Notes: generated from the sequence alone by a model not told the origin. A DNA stretch of 64,000 bases from Patescibacteria group bacterium (GCA_016784145.1 JADHVF010000002.1:9102-73101), one strand, 5' to 3'; shown: positions 20,701-29,466, numbered from the stretch's first letter. Numbers and translations are program-made.

Positions 20701-23700
20701 GATCAAGTATCAACTGGTATTTGTGGGGTTGGTAGTAATGAAAACAATGTTTGTTATTCTAACACAGCTTGCGAATCTTGGACTTGTGATCTTTTTGGAA
20801 CAGAGTGCTTTGGTACTGGGCCTTGCGAAGGTAGTAATTCATATTGCAGTCATGATAATAGTTTTTGTACTGATGATAGTGGCTGTAATACAACTACATC
20901 CACGGGAACTTGTACAAATGTCCTTGTTTGTGGAGGCAATGCTTCTTTTGAATGTAGCACTGGGGCAGATTGTTCTTCAGGTGATAATAGTTGTAATATA
21001 CCAAGTGATACTCCAACAGAGTGGGCATGTGAATATGATAACAGTGCTTGTGACCCAAACAACAATCAATGCCCTACTGTTAATGATAGTTGTTATTATG
21101 ATGATTGTTATTATACAGGTACAGCTTGTAATAGTAATTCTGATTGTGATGGTAATATTTCTCAGTCATGTGATGCTTCTACATTTGTCGCAACAGGTCA
21201 TTGTAAATTTGCCGTAGAGGAAAGTTGTATTTCAGACGATGATTGTGTTGGGAAGGGTTCTCAAGAATGTGTTTTTGGAACTTGTTCACAGGGTTATAAT
21301 AATTGTTATAACGATTCAGATAATTTTAGTTTTGTGCAATCATGTACCGGAGGAACAACTGGTTGTTATGGGGGAGATGCTTGTACATGTCCTGTTAATA
21401 GTGTTTGTATTCGAGATTTTGGCTCTTGTGATCCTTTTGGAACAGATACTTGTGCTACAGATGTACCATGTCAGAGAGTTGGCACTTGTAATACAAATTC
21501 AAACATAGAATGTTTTGAAGGCGGAGATAATAGATGTACTTATGATTACGGGAATGTTTGCGGGTTTGATGTTTGTATTTTAAATGGAGAATATAATGGC
21601 TATTGTGACACTTCATCACCATCACCTTGTGAATCCACTACTAATAATTTTTGTGATGCCCAGACGGGCACTTGTACTCAAGTACAAGATTCTTCTTGTA
21701 ATTTTTCACATTCTGACAGCGTTTCAGTTGAATTGCCTTCGGGAATGATAAATGCATATCATGTTTATACTAATAGTCCTGTTTCTACTGAAGCCGGCTT
21801 CATAGGAGATATTGGTAGTCCGACTGGAGGAGAGTTTTCTTATAATGGTCCGGCCTTTTATAGTATTTATGCTTTTGTTAGGAAAGGCACGGTGAAGTTC
21901 GGTGATTTATCAAAACCAGACGAAGAAATAGTTTCCATAGATAGTACTGAAAGCAATGACCAATGGATTAAAAAAAGTGTTTTTGTGAGTTATCCGTCTT
22001 CTACACGCGTTTATTTTGAACCAGATGTAAATAATGAGGTAGATGCTTACGTCACTGGCTTGGTTTTGTCTCCTTCTTCTTTTGCAGAATATTATTACAT
22101 TGATAATAATAAATTAGATAAAGCTACTTCTGTTTCATTAAAAAAAGGAAATATTCTCTTACAAAATTCAAGCGATATAAATATGGATGGGGAAATTAAT
22201 TCATACTATAATTCTTTTGCAACTTATCAGAAGTCGTCAGAACAAACTCCTCCAGGAGCTTTGGTTGATGCGATTAGTTGTTCGCCAGAGCCAGTAATTG
22301 ATTGTGAAGAAGAAATTAATCAGTCAACAGATTATTGCAAATATTGTTTGCCAAACAATCAGCTTGGAAATGATACCAATCTAATTTTAAAAGTTGATAG
22401 GGATAGAATTTGTGGAGAGTGGCTTACTTGTATTAGCTCTAATCAAGAATGGGATGCTAATTTAGGGGCATATAGGGATGTTTGTCAGTTCATGGGAAGA
22501 TGCAATCAATTGATAAGCTCGGGAGAGGCAACAGAATGTGTCAGATTTGTAGAGCCAGAGGAAGTTGTTTTAACAGAGGATGTTTATAAAAATAGGGATA
22601 TTTCTTTCTCGGGCATGGATTATTCAGGACATTCATTACATAATGTTTATCCCTTGGAAAAATTATTTCTCACGGGAACAGACACAGATGGTTATGAACT
22701 AACCCACAAAGACAAAGATGGTATAGAAGATGGTATAGATGGCAATGATTCAACTTTAGATAAAACATGCAGATTATTTCCTGAAAAGGACTCTCCTTTC
22801 AAAAATTGGGAAAAAGAGGACAAAAATGTCTTATATCAAGGAGTGAATTCATGTAACGATAATTCAAGTTCGGGAGATTATTCTGATTGTCAGTGTTCAT
22901 ATTTAAAAGTTAAATATGGTGGCATGAATCTTTATTATAATTACGCTGATTCAACTTTTGGCACTGCACCTTCAAAGGCCTGTATTAGCGGGAACAACAA
23001 GGGGGGAACATGCGCTAGTGATACTGATTGTGACAGCATTGCAGGGTCTTGTGTTAATAGAGGAGAGGGTCAAAAAGTGGTTGGATTAAGAGATTATTGT
23101 ATTGAATTAGATGATACAAAGGAAGGTGCTGGAGATTTAGGGGCTTGTGTTACTTGGTGGCCTGGTGCTGGCATGGGTGACCCAGATGTTTTCAATCAGG
23201 TTTCTTCAGCCGGATATGAAGGAGAGACAGAATATTTTTGCATAGATGCTTCTGACAGATGGGAATATAGAGGCGAGATTTATGAAGAAACACGTTATGA
23301 AGATGGGTATGGTTGTGCTAATAATCCTAGACCTTCCTCTTCAAATTGTGACAGTAATTACACTCTTAGTGAAACAAAGGGAGAGAATTGGGATGATGAC
23401 CAGTGGTGTGGTTGGCAAGGATCGCATAGTCAGTTTTGGAGATATGTGCATTGTACTAGGAATGGCAATGGTGATTCTGGTTGGTTTTCAGATAATAATG
23501 GTTCTGCTATAACATATCCTGTTCTTGATTATGGATCCACCCCTGTTCCTGAAGAAGTTGTAGAACATAGGTGTAACAAGATTATTGCTATCCCTGCTGG
23601 GAATGATGCTAAAGCTTTTACAAATGTTATTTATAATGAGTCAGCAGTGGGTGGTATTAATCATGGAGATGGTTGTGAGTTTTATGGCAACTTAGGATCC

Positions 23701-24453
23701 CTTGCCCTTGATTCACAAATAATTCTACCACATGCTGATTGGGCTGGAAATGATTGTAATATAAATATTTCTTACACAATTCCAGGAACATTGCTCGCTA
23801 GATATCCTATCACTTTGGCTGGCACAATTATTCATAATGGCACCAGTATTTTAAAGCAATTATTTGCTGTGTCAGGAAATGAATATCATTGGAATGGAAG
23901 TGCTTATATTGAACAAGCTGGTACATCATGGGATAATACAGAGACGGCAACAAATACAATCAATGCTCCCAAGGTTGCTTCCATGTCAGAAATAGAGGGA
24001 GAAATTACCATTGGTGATTCTAGTGATGCTGATGTTGCACGCACGGCAGCTTATCCGGCTACATTAAAGTTTTATGCTTGGGCCAATGAAAACCAAATGC
24101 CAGTCAGGGAAATCGAAATTGACTGGCTAGGCACAGGGTCTGAGATGGGGATTGAACAACATAATGTAACAGCTAAAAATCATAAAATTACTTGCGATAA
24201 TACTAATTTCGGAGATTCATCAGATGGGTGTATTGACGAACCATATGTATTTAACCGTATTTATACTTGTGTTGGTTCTGGTAGTTTGGGGTGGAATTCT
24301 AGTTTTTGCGGGGGGCTGACTAATGCTTGTTGTTTCAAACCAAGGGTAAGGATAAAAGATAATTGGGGCTGGTGTACAAATGGAGTTTTTGATTGTTCAG
24401 ACACACAAGGGTGGGTTGATTATAACGGAAAAATAGTAATATACGCTCAGTAA
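14710..24453 (+). CDS. Giant (3247 aa) secreted Cys-rich protein with several CBM4/9-like beta-sandwich modules; putative adhesin/surface component of the T4SS-like locus
   Basis: Signal peptide MKKIFLIILVIVFCFTLFAPRQVLA; modules NGSFE..W..YVDQV, NLIPNSGFE..DGW..YFDNIQLE and FSDDF..W..FYIDNV; many CxxxxxGC and CxxDxDC motifs. Confidence 0.8.
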   Translation: MNSQMKKIFLIILVIVFCFTLFAPRQVLALGDEWATIGHFFSSVGEYVWKIGEALWEESKHQFTAVVFKQGLNLYLGEMARQSAEYVATGGKGQKPAFISDPTYWSKMGDNLLGTLVNEVAQEGLGVKSLCDPIDPTIRFNMLVSVDTKYKEQQFKENEMDICPLSRINERVKEASSKKLFEFSAGVKEGKPKKFKTDIKVAIVNDTTINKADGNFVCDKRGKLVWGMLKCECKENCTSSNCDNTCFSVDERNNFGRWVNDGAQDLLNIIDKLSNIQDEFEKIINAYECAVQDKDGNPGWCTKKLEEVEQIRKDKQAERNEKCPNQDDPEYCDKLQDEINNLVEKFLYIDKWSKNYISIDKSLRIKNVIKDLKKLIDETPDPTSGLKKGVWGLKKENKGWEIDSSKDNENYLGWWTTYPAKCAKESSDDFYASEHCPTLSALAFGNDSNEHYQDVITYSKRMNTYAKKIADWYATLEDMITETHKALEEEEDLPETDPLDEVRRVTSSEGSDIGATIKMKSDFFDKQAKAMEESKFFQNLQGRMNDVSTNISGITKTPSIYIDESTRTAIKEGSATYKQYTGAALADAFNIFSSTLMKKLMERIFEEGFNPTVEADRTKPFLDKGEDEPPVVPDLEDIRDDFSDLKSAPMRKGGKMSIYDEFAVCLDDPSYELPTNCLIDSNMIEAIEGKMTIGEALDENLLNPGASVGSPGDTSSLFSYANLKKLRRYRIFPLGMEIAAEKIYNQTMGDQEYKLRSIVNGFNVENSIGTCSTIDLNGSFETGESVPGNWFLNDSDGTGTRESVDNEYYHGSFSYKINSTHTANAYYGIGHEPYDIEPNTQYTVSVMVKAEAINTGSFNLSLHCHSDSGGNFNYTTDAGDTSISSASSSWEQLYRTFTTHNDATDCTMLLIFNNGGTGTVYVDQVNFVKGNNIPNDYSWESASPFCHLVDPDWVLKASTYQCDLMGYSAIPLKNSNQRQETCVDLKDCIHEDQDGNCDTWAYCTREKNVWQFNGTACDKQYASCETYVRLSDKKQAFYVSNTIDFETCTENDNGCNWYCSVWDNDIGSDGKWACVEPGSSSYPDGKSDYSQYDDDNAIFFNLKAEDCKIEEQGCNEYIKLGENINLIPNSGFELDKNADDIADGWIEKWEGDEVLTEDAAFDGLFGYEFVHSNGDDMGDYTGAWQRVSVLPGQKYTISAKIKIITPVTGTGSTATVNYYWDEDGDNYDIGNKGETIIILDYLDEWQEHSQTVVAPDNMNYVWIAPIMYGNGKVYFDNIQLEYGALSSAYKEYGSGVKEYFKTIPKQRQWVEDGNGNWDWEWKTCSVYDEADNLDCDGYAQQCDAKDIGCEIYTNISNNVSFSAVKRGEDECAPECVGYETFRQIPTNFDINVDWKSFIPSTAQGCYVPGCEEFTNLDTLNQGGEGTEYYSYLRQCVKTDEQARAIIDSNSDEIMPPDSDTCGYFYTWIGSETSGFQLKKYYLKIDTDNGPEKVSTSPPSSWGNCWNEDHAATNPYCKQFYNEAGQIYYRLYKNTITCSEECYPFRRSINQAIYMAMPSQGEMCSSQNNGCKEYKGPLAGDINSVFSDDFTAGTGQWTTGDLSSETDNFSGYSLKNNGAGELKRSVAGLTQKDKIYFVSFWIKTASSDPIEVYFTSTDRIEQNISLVNEWQNMRFGPFYFSTTPSNDEKLNIFATSDFYIDNVILEQIDDNIYLINDSWSTQGSCDIDYQGNYSQGYMIGCAKYVDTNNDEHYFKQFSKMCPEQAVGCAGYINTQNYSYPFEWQFNQAGADNDEITILADKTEYYVVEKENYCHENNKGCERLGLPEIEDDGSISMWSDVFIKNNPDNYKSKSMVLCDVDGVGCEAYSDNYYFKDPIKQAKLCEYKTKTINGNNQSGWFKKDTDQACYYENTGPYIIDDLTYGIYFPGQENYDNYVGICPKKQVGCTEFVDPGWGGGTKNLINNSDFANEDVGYDDDNHPDGWFDSFNNNPSWQVEVVDQVSTGICGVGSNENNVCYSNTACESWTCDLFGTECFGTGPCEGSNSYCSHDNSFCTDDSGCNTTTSTGTCTNVLVCGGNASFECSTGADCSSGDNSCNIPSDTPTEWACEYDNSACDPNNNQCPTVNDSCYYDDCYYTGTACNSNSDCDGNISQSCDASTFVATGHCKFAVEESCISDDDCVGKGSQECVFGTCSQGYNNCYNDSDNFSFVQSCTGGTTGCYGGDACTCPVNSVCIRDFGSCDPFGTDTCATDVPCQRVGTCNTNSNIECFEGGDNRCTYDYGNVCGFDVCILNGEYNGYCDTSSPSPCESTTNNFCDAQTGTCTQVQDSSCNFSHSDSVSVELPSGMINAYHVYTNSPVSTEAGFIGDIGSPTGGEFSYNGPAFYSIYAFVRKGTVKFGDLSKPDEEIVSIDSTESNDQWIKKSVFVSYPSSTRVYFEPDVNNEVDAYVTGLVLSPSSFAEYYYIDNNKLDKATSVSLKKGNILLQNSSDINMDGEINSYYNSFATYQKSSEQTPPGALVDAISCSPEPVIDCEEEINQSTDYCKYCLPNNQLGNDTNLILKVDRDRICGEWLTCISSNQEWDANLGAYRDVCQFMGRCNQLISSGEATECVRFVEPEEVVLTEDVYKNRDISFSGMDYSGHSLHNVYPLEKLFLTGTDTDGYELTHKDKDGIEDGIDGNDSTLDKTCRLFPEKDSPFKNWEKEDKNVLYQGVNSCNDNSSSGDYSDCQCSYLKVKYGGMNLYYNYADSTFGTAPSKACISGNNKGGTCASDTDCDSIAGSCVNRGEGQKVVGLRDYCIELDDTKEGAGDLGACVTWWPGAGMGDPDVFNQVSSAGYEGETEYFCIDASDRWEYRGEIYEETRYEDGYGCANNPRPSSSNCDSNYTLSETKGENWDDDQWCGWQGSHSQFWRYVHCTRNGNGDSGWFSDNNGSAITYPVLDYGSTPVPEEVVEHRCNKIIAIPAGNDAKAFTNVIYNESAVGGINHGDGCEFYGNLGSLALDSQIILPHADWAGNDCNINISYTIPGTLLARYPITLAGTIIHNGTSILKQLFAVSGNEYHWNGSAYIEQAGTSWDNTETATNTINAPKVASMSEIEGEITIGDSSDADVARTAAYPATLKFYAWANENQMPVREIEIDWLGTGSEMGIEQHNVTAKNHKITCDNTNFGDSSDGCIDEPYVFNRIYTCVGSGSLGWNSSFCGGLTNACCFKPRVRIKDNWGWCTNGVFDCSDTQGWVDYNGKIVIYAQ

Positions 24454-24455
24454 AC

Positions 24456-24490
24456 AAGGGCAGGCCCCTTTTAAATGGGTCTGACCTTTT
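24456..24490 (+). terminator. Hairpin/possible intrinsic terminator after the giant gene
   Basis: AAGGGCAGGCCC-N9-GGGTCTGACCTT imperfect stem followed by TT. Confidence 0.5.
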
Positions 24491-24536
24491 AGCATAATTC
24501 AAACCATTTTTAGTTAATTGTATTTGTGTTTATTTA

Positions 24537-27500
24537 ATGTTAAATAGATTAAAAAAAATTAATTTTTCTCTTAAAAAATTAATACCAATAAACAGCATTG
24601 GTGTGAAAAGATTTTTATTATTATTTGTTTTTGTTGGTATTGCTATTTTTGTTCCTAAAATAGTATTTGCTTTTAGTATTATAGATAGCATAATTGCTCC
24701 TCCCTTAATGGCTTTGATTAATTTTTTGGGAAGATTAACTTCGTTTTTTATTTGGCTCTTAGTTCAAGTGGCTCAGTATAATGATTTTATAAATTCACCA
24801 GCCGTATCAAAAGGGTGGATTTTAATGAGAGACATATTTAATATGTTTTTTGTTATTATCTTGTTAGTAATTGCTTTTGCGACGGTTCTTAAAATAGAAA
24901 CATATTCATACAAGCGATTAATGCCAGTATTTATTGTTTCAGCTGTTTTGATTAATTTTTCCAAGTTGATTTGCGGAGTGATAATTGATATTTCTCAGGT
25001 TTTAATGCTTACATTTATATCTGCTATTCAGTCAGCTGCTACAGCTGATTTTGTTGAAATTTTTGGGTTGACTAAAATGTTGGAATTAAGAGATAACATA
25101 GAATCAGGGGTGGTTATTTCGGGAGGAGAAATGTTTGGGGCTTTGCTTTTAGGACTTGTTATGGTTTTGGTTGCTCTTGGAGTTATAATGACAATGACAC
25201 TTTTGTTAGTAGCCAGGATTGTTATGATTTGGTTTTATGTCCTGCTTTCGCCAATGGCTTTTATGGCAACTATTTTACCGGGGACAAAAAGCTATGCTAG
25301 TCAATGGTGGACTGATTTTATAAAACAAGTAATCATTGGCCCTGTTTTGGCTTTTTTTCTATGGATATCTTTTTCAGTTGTCTCGACAGGGGGGTCTTCT
25401 GGAATGATTGATTCATCTAGCGGGAATTCAGCTACCATAGGCGTAACCGGAGAGCCGAGTTTTATATTTAACTTTTTAATTGGCATTGCGATGTTGATCG
25501 GCTCTTTAATGATGGCTCAAAAAATGGGAGTAGCTGGTGGAAAAATGGTTGGGGGAGCAGTTAGCAAAATGAAAGGCATGGCCATTGGCAAAGCAAAAGG
25601 AGTAGCCAAGAGAGCAGCCAAGAGAGTAGGAGCCCCTTTAAAGAAAGTTGGCAAGGGCTTGGCAGGAGCAGCAGTTAAAGCACCTCTTAGGGGATTAAAG
25701 GCTGGAGTAAAATTTGGGGGCAAAAAATTACAAAAAACAGGAAAAGTCGGAGAATGGGTTGGTAAGGGAATTGAAAAGACAGCAACTCCGATTGAATCAA
25801 TTAGACAACTAAAAGGTAGTGCAGTTCAAGGATTGCAAAAAAGAAAACAAAGTCGTTTAGAAAGACTTAGAAAAGGGAAAGGAACGATAATGGATAAAGC
25901 AGCCCAGGCATTAAGTGAAGAATATGATAAATCAGGAGGGAGAGACACAACAATTAACCAGGAAATTAGGAGGGATAAACTTGAAAAAAGACAAAAACAA
26001 GCTCAATCAAAACATGATGATGATGTAATTGTAGGAGCAGAAAACGACGAAGCATATGCTCTTGTGGCAGCAGAAAGAGGATTATTAAAAACAACCAAAG
26101 TTGAAAAATTACCGACTAAAGACAATAAAAGATTGGAAGAATTAAAACAAGGTGATGCCACAGACACTTTAACCACAGAGGAGCAAGAAGAGTTTGAAGA
26201 ATTAACAACCAAGAATGAGGATTTAAAGAAAAAAGCTAAAACAACAACCAAGAACAATGAACGAGTTGAGCGCACGGTGGCTAATGCTAGAAACAAATTT
26301 GCATCAGATTCTATTATAGGGAAGTCCTTTGATGACCATTTAAAAAAGAAAGGTGATGCTAATTTAGCTTATAATACATTTTATAAAGATAATCCAGGGC
26401 AGTTAACTAAAGATATTAAATCAGGAGATTTTGGGGTAGCCCAATTAATGAAATTAGATAAAGATACAACAAAGGACCTTGGTTCAAGTGATGTGGGGCA
26501 GAATATTTTATCTGAAATAAAAACAGAGGATTTTAATAAATTTGCTAAATCTACGGACATAAAAGTTCAGGATAAATTTGAAGCACTTTTTGGAGACATA
26601 AAGCCGGAAAAAATTAAAGAAAAAGATAAACAAAAACTGATTGATGCTGGTAGGGCTGATTTAGCTTTTGTGGATGACCCAGAAACAGAAGAACAAAAAA
26701 GTAATAACAAAAACATGGTTAAAAAATTGGAAATGGAAGAGAATAGAGATGTTTTACTTAAACAGTCAGACATGGCTTTAAAGAATGATGTGGTGGCTGA
26801 GTTGGTCGTAAAGACAGCAAATCTAGAAGATATTCAAAAAATGTCACCGAAAAGAAAGGAAAATCTTTTGGAAGAAAAAATGCCTGCTATAATGAAGAAT
26901 TATCAAAAAAAGGAAAGCGATCAAGGATTAGAAGACCCTGAAAAAGAAGATTATAAGAAGATTCAAACAACTTATATTAAAGCCAAGAAAGGAAAAGATA
27001 TTAGCAAGGTCTTTGAAGACAAGGATGGCAAGTTTGATGAAAGCAAGTGTGCTAATCTTTCTAAATGGATAAAAAATGGTACAATTAAATCAGGTGATTT
27101 GGGAGATTTAGATATTGATAGGGAAAATATTAATGAAAAGCAAAAAGATGAAGTATTGAGTCAAATATCTCAAGGAATGACAGCTAGCGATGTTATGAAA
27201 TTATATGGTAAAAATCAAGGATTGGCACAAAAATTAACCAATAAAATTCAAGCACAAGCTTCAACAGGAGATAAAGAAGCACTAGAAAAGATAGAAGTTC
27301 TCTCCAACTCAGAATTTTTTCAAAGACAAATATCTACAACAACTAAACAAAAAACAAAAGAAACAAAAATACAGGGCAAGAAAGTAGATAAATCAAGTGT
27401 CCGAAAGATTGAAACAATAACTACTCAAGAAATTGAAGAAAGAAAAGAAATGATAACCAAAAAATATAATAACCTTGAAGAACCAGTAGATGCTATAATG

Positions 27501-28127
27501 ATAGTAGAAGACCATACTAAACAAGGTGGCGAATTAGCGAAAACAATTAGTTCTGCTTCTTTAGAATCATTTAAAAATTTACAAGCATCAAAGAATGCAG
27601 GGAAAGAAATGATTGCTAAAATGGACAAAAATGAATTAAATGAGTTTGCTCAGGAGCTAATCAAGCATAAAGGCGGACAAGAAAAACTGGCAAAGATTTT
27701 TAATTTAAGAGATATGTTCCCTGTCGGCCAAGACTTGTCTGAAAAAGGAAAGATGACAGTTAATAACAAAGAATATGATTTATCTAATTCAAGGGAAAGA
27801 GAAGAGGTTAATCAACTCAATGCTCAAAAAGCAGTTGATGTTATAAAACAAGCACCAACCATTGCTGTTAATTTAGCAGGAGTAGAAGGCGCAAAAGGAT
27901 TAACAGATTTGCAAGGAGTGAGCAAAGAAATAGCAGAAGCGATAATACAAGCCATTGCCAACCAAGCAAACAAAGGGGATGACCAAGCTCAACAACTCAT
28001 TCCCAACCTTAAAAATACTGCATGGATAAAAGAAATTTTAGAAAAACAAAAGAAAGAAGCAGGACCACTAGAAGAAGGGCAATCAGAGACAGAAGGGACA
28101 ACAGAAGGGACAACAGAAACAGAATAA
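24537..28127 (+). CDS. VirB6/TrbL-like polytopic membrane protein with a long charged C-terminal tail
   Basis: About 7-8 TM segments; LLVARIVMIWFYVLLSPMAF...SQWW segment typical of VirB6-like proteins; position upstream of prgI/virB4. Confidence 0.7.
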   Translation: MLNRLKKINFSLKKLIPINSIGVKRFLLLFVFVGIAIFVPKIVFAFSIIDSIIAPPLMALINFLGRLTSFFIWLLVQVAQYNDFINSPAVSKGWILMRDIFNMFFVIILLVIAFATVLKIETYSYKRLMPVFIVSAVLINFSKLICGVIIDISQVLMLTFISAIQSAATADFVEIFGLTKMLELRDNIESGVVISGGEMFGALLLGLVMVLVALGVIMTMTLLLVARIVMIWFYVLLSPMAFMATILPGTKSYASQWWTDFIKQVIIGPVLAFFLWISFSVVSTGGSSGMIDSSSGNSATIGVTGEPSFIFNFLIGIAMLIGSLMMAQKMGVAGGKMVGGAVSKMKGMAIGKAKGVAKRAAKRVGAPLKKVGKGLAGAAVKAPLRGLKAGVKFGGKKLQKTGKVGEWVGKGIEKTATPIESIRQLKGSAVQGLQKRKQSRLERLRKGKGTIMDKAAQALSEEYDKSGGRDTTINQEIRRDKLEKRQKQAQSKHDDDVIVGAENDEAYALVAAERGLLKTTKVEKLPTKDNKRLEELKQGDATDTLTTEEQEEFEELTTKNEDLKKKAKTTTKNNERVERTVANARNKFASDSIIGKSFDDHLKKKGDANLAYNTFYKDNPGQLTKDIKSGDFGVAQLMKLDKDTTKDLGSSDVGQNILSEIKTEDFNKFAKSTDIKVQDKFEALFGDIKPEKIKEKDKQKLIDAGRADLAFVDDPETEEQKSNNKNMVKKLEMEENRDVLLKQSDMALKNDVVAELVVKTANLEDIQKMSPKRKENLLEEKMPAIMKNYQKKESDQGLEDPEKEDYKKIQTTYIKAKKGKDISKVFEDKDGKFDESKCANLSKWIKNGTIKSGDLGDLDIDRENINEKQKDEVLSQISQGMTASDVMKLYGKNQGLAQKLTNKIQAQASTGDKEALEKIEVLSNSEFFQRQISTTTKQKTKETKIQGKKVDKSSVRKIETITTQEIEERKEMITKKYNNLEEPVDAIMIVEDHTKQGGELAKTISSASLESFKNLQASKNAGKEMIAKMDKNELNEFAQELIKHKGGQEKLAKIFNLRDMFPVGQDLSEKGKMTVNNKEYDLSNSREREEVNQLNAQKAVDVIKQAPTIAVNLAGVEGAKGLTDLQGVSKEIAEAIIQAIANQANKGDDQAQQLIPNLKNTAWIKEILEKQKKEAGPLEEGQSETEGTTEGTTETE

Positions 28128-28168
28128 TTAATAATTATTGATTGATATAATAAAAACAAATTAGAAAC

Positions 28169-29455
28169 ATGGAATTTAAGGATTTACCAGATTGGGTAAA
28201 AGACAATTTATTAAGTGACCAAACATTGGCAGTTAATAAAAAGATTATAAAAGACTTTGAATTAACAAATGAACAAAAGTCAATTGTTTTTGATGCCTTG
28301 CGAAAAATTATATTAAAACAATCAAATATAGATGAATTAACAGTCGTTTTGCAGGGAATGGGAGTTGGCATAGATAAAGCAAACAAACTTATTATAGAAG
28401 TTATTAAGCAAAGATTACTGCCTTTAAAAGAATATTTATTAATTGATTTTCGTCCATCTATTACTAAATTAGGGGGAAAGATTCTTAAAGAACAATCAAG
28501 CCAGTTTGTGCCAGATAAAGAAATTTCTTTAGAAAAAACAGCTCAACAGATTATAGATGAACTTAAAATATCTTTTGAAAGAGATGTTATGGCAACTAGG
28601 TTTAGTAATATTGTTGTTTCATTTTTAAAAGAAGTGAGAAGCGAGATTGAAACAAAAATTGTTTTAAAAAGAGACCCAAAGATAGGAGGAATGGGGATTG
28701 AGGACGAGATGGTTGATAAAATAATACAGGCCTTGAAAAAGAAGCATCAATCTCCTAAAATAATCAAAAATACAAAGGTTAAAGATTTGACAGAAGAATT
28801 AAAATTAGCTCAAGAACCAATTGATATTCCTGGCTCAATTCCAAAACCTCAGCCAAAACCTGACTTAGGGGCAAGGCCTCTAAGTAAAGACATGAGTCAA
28901 GAAAAGCAAGTATTAACACCAAAACCTTATCCTGTTTCTCAACCAAAACCTGACTTAGGGGCAAGGCCTCTAAGTAAAGACATGAGTCAAGAAAAGCAAG
29001 TATTAACACCAAAACCTTATCCTGTTTCTCAGCCAAAACCTGACTTAGGGGCAAGGCCTCTAAGTAAACCGTTAGTACATCAAACACCAAGGCCGGTTAA
29101 GGATTTGTCTGGGCCAGTTGAAATTAGGTCAAGAACATTGAGTCCTATTGATGAATTAAGAACATTTTCTTTGGTTGATTGGCGACGATTAGGGAAAACA
29201 GCTGATGCTGTTACCAGAATCAAAGACAAAATAAATTTGTTAGAAGAAGAATCATTGCTAAAAAAGGCAGAAGGAATTAAGGCATGGAAAGAATCAACCA
29301 TTAACAAATTATATTTAAAAATAGGGGAGCAAGCGATTAATTCAGGGTCATCAATTAGGGATGTTATTTTAAGCAGGCAAAGCAATAAAGAACAAACCTT
29401 AACAGAAGAAGAGTTTAATGCTGTGGTTGAATTAAATCAATCTTTGAGATTTTAA
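28169..29455 (+). CDS. Hypothetical cytoplasmic protein of the T4SS-like locus with a Pro-rich 30-aa repeat linker
   Basis: ORF between the VirB6-like gene and prgI; (S/P)QPKPDLGARPLSK occurs three times. Confidence 0.75.
   Translation: MEFKDLPDWVKDNLLSDQTLAVNKKIIKDFELTNEQKSIVFDALRKIILKQSNIDELTVVLQGMGVGIDKANKLIIEVIKQRLLPLKEYLLIDFRPSITKLGGKILKEQSSQFVPDKEISLEKTAQQIIDELKISFERDVMATRFSNIVVSFLKEVRSEIETKIVLKRDPKIGGMGIEDEMVDKIIQALKKKHQSPKIIKNTKVKDLTEELKLAQEPIDIPGSIPKPQPKPDLGARPLSKDMSQEKQVLTPKPYPVSQPKPDLGARPLSKDMSQEKQVLTPKPYPVSQPKPDLGARPLSKPLVHQTPRPVKDLSGPVEIRSRTLSPIDELRTFSLVDWRRLGKTADAVTRIKDKINLLEEESLLKKAEGIKAWKESTINKLYLKIGEQAINSGSSIRDVILSRQSNKEQTLTEEEFNAVVELNQSLRF
28848..29068 (+). repeat. In-frame 90-bp tandem repeat (~2.5 copies), each unit holding the reverse complement of the intergenic 23-bp palindrome
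   Basis: ACTTAGGGGCAAGGCCTCTAAGT at 28863, 28953 and 29043, with an exact 90-bp period. Confidence 0.95.
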
Positions 29456-29466
29456 TAAATATATAT

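Noticed and set aside
20600-21508. Long alternative-frame ORFs (205 and 89 aa) inside the giant gene
   Set aside because: V/I/L/M-rich shadows produced by TGT/AAT/GAT codon bias in the Cys-rich block; no independent evidence of coding.
14710-24453. Diversity-generating retroelement target
   Set aside because: No reverse transcriptase and no template/variable repeat pair with adenine-specific differences was found in the window.
28779-29090. Minus-strand 103-aa repeat ORF
   Set aside because: Antisense reading of the 90-bp tandem repeat.
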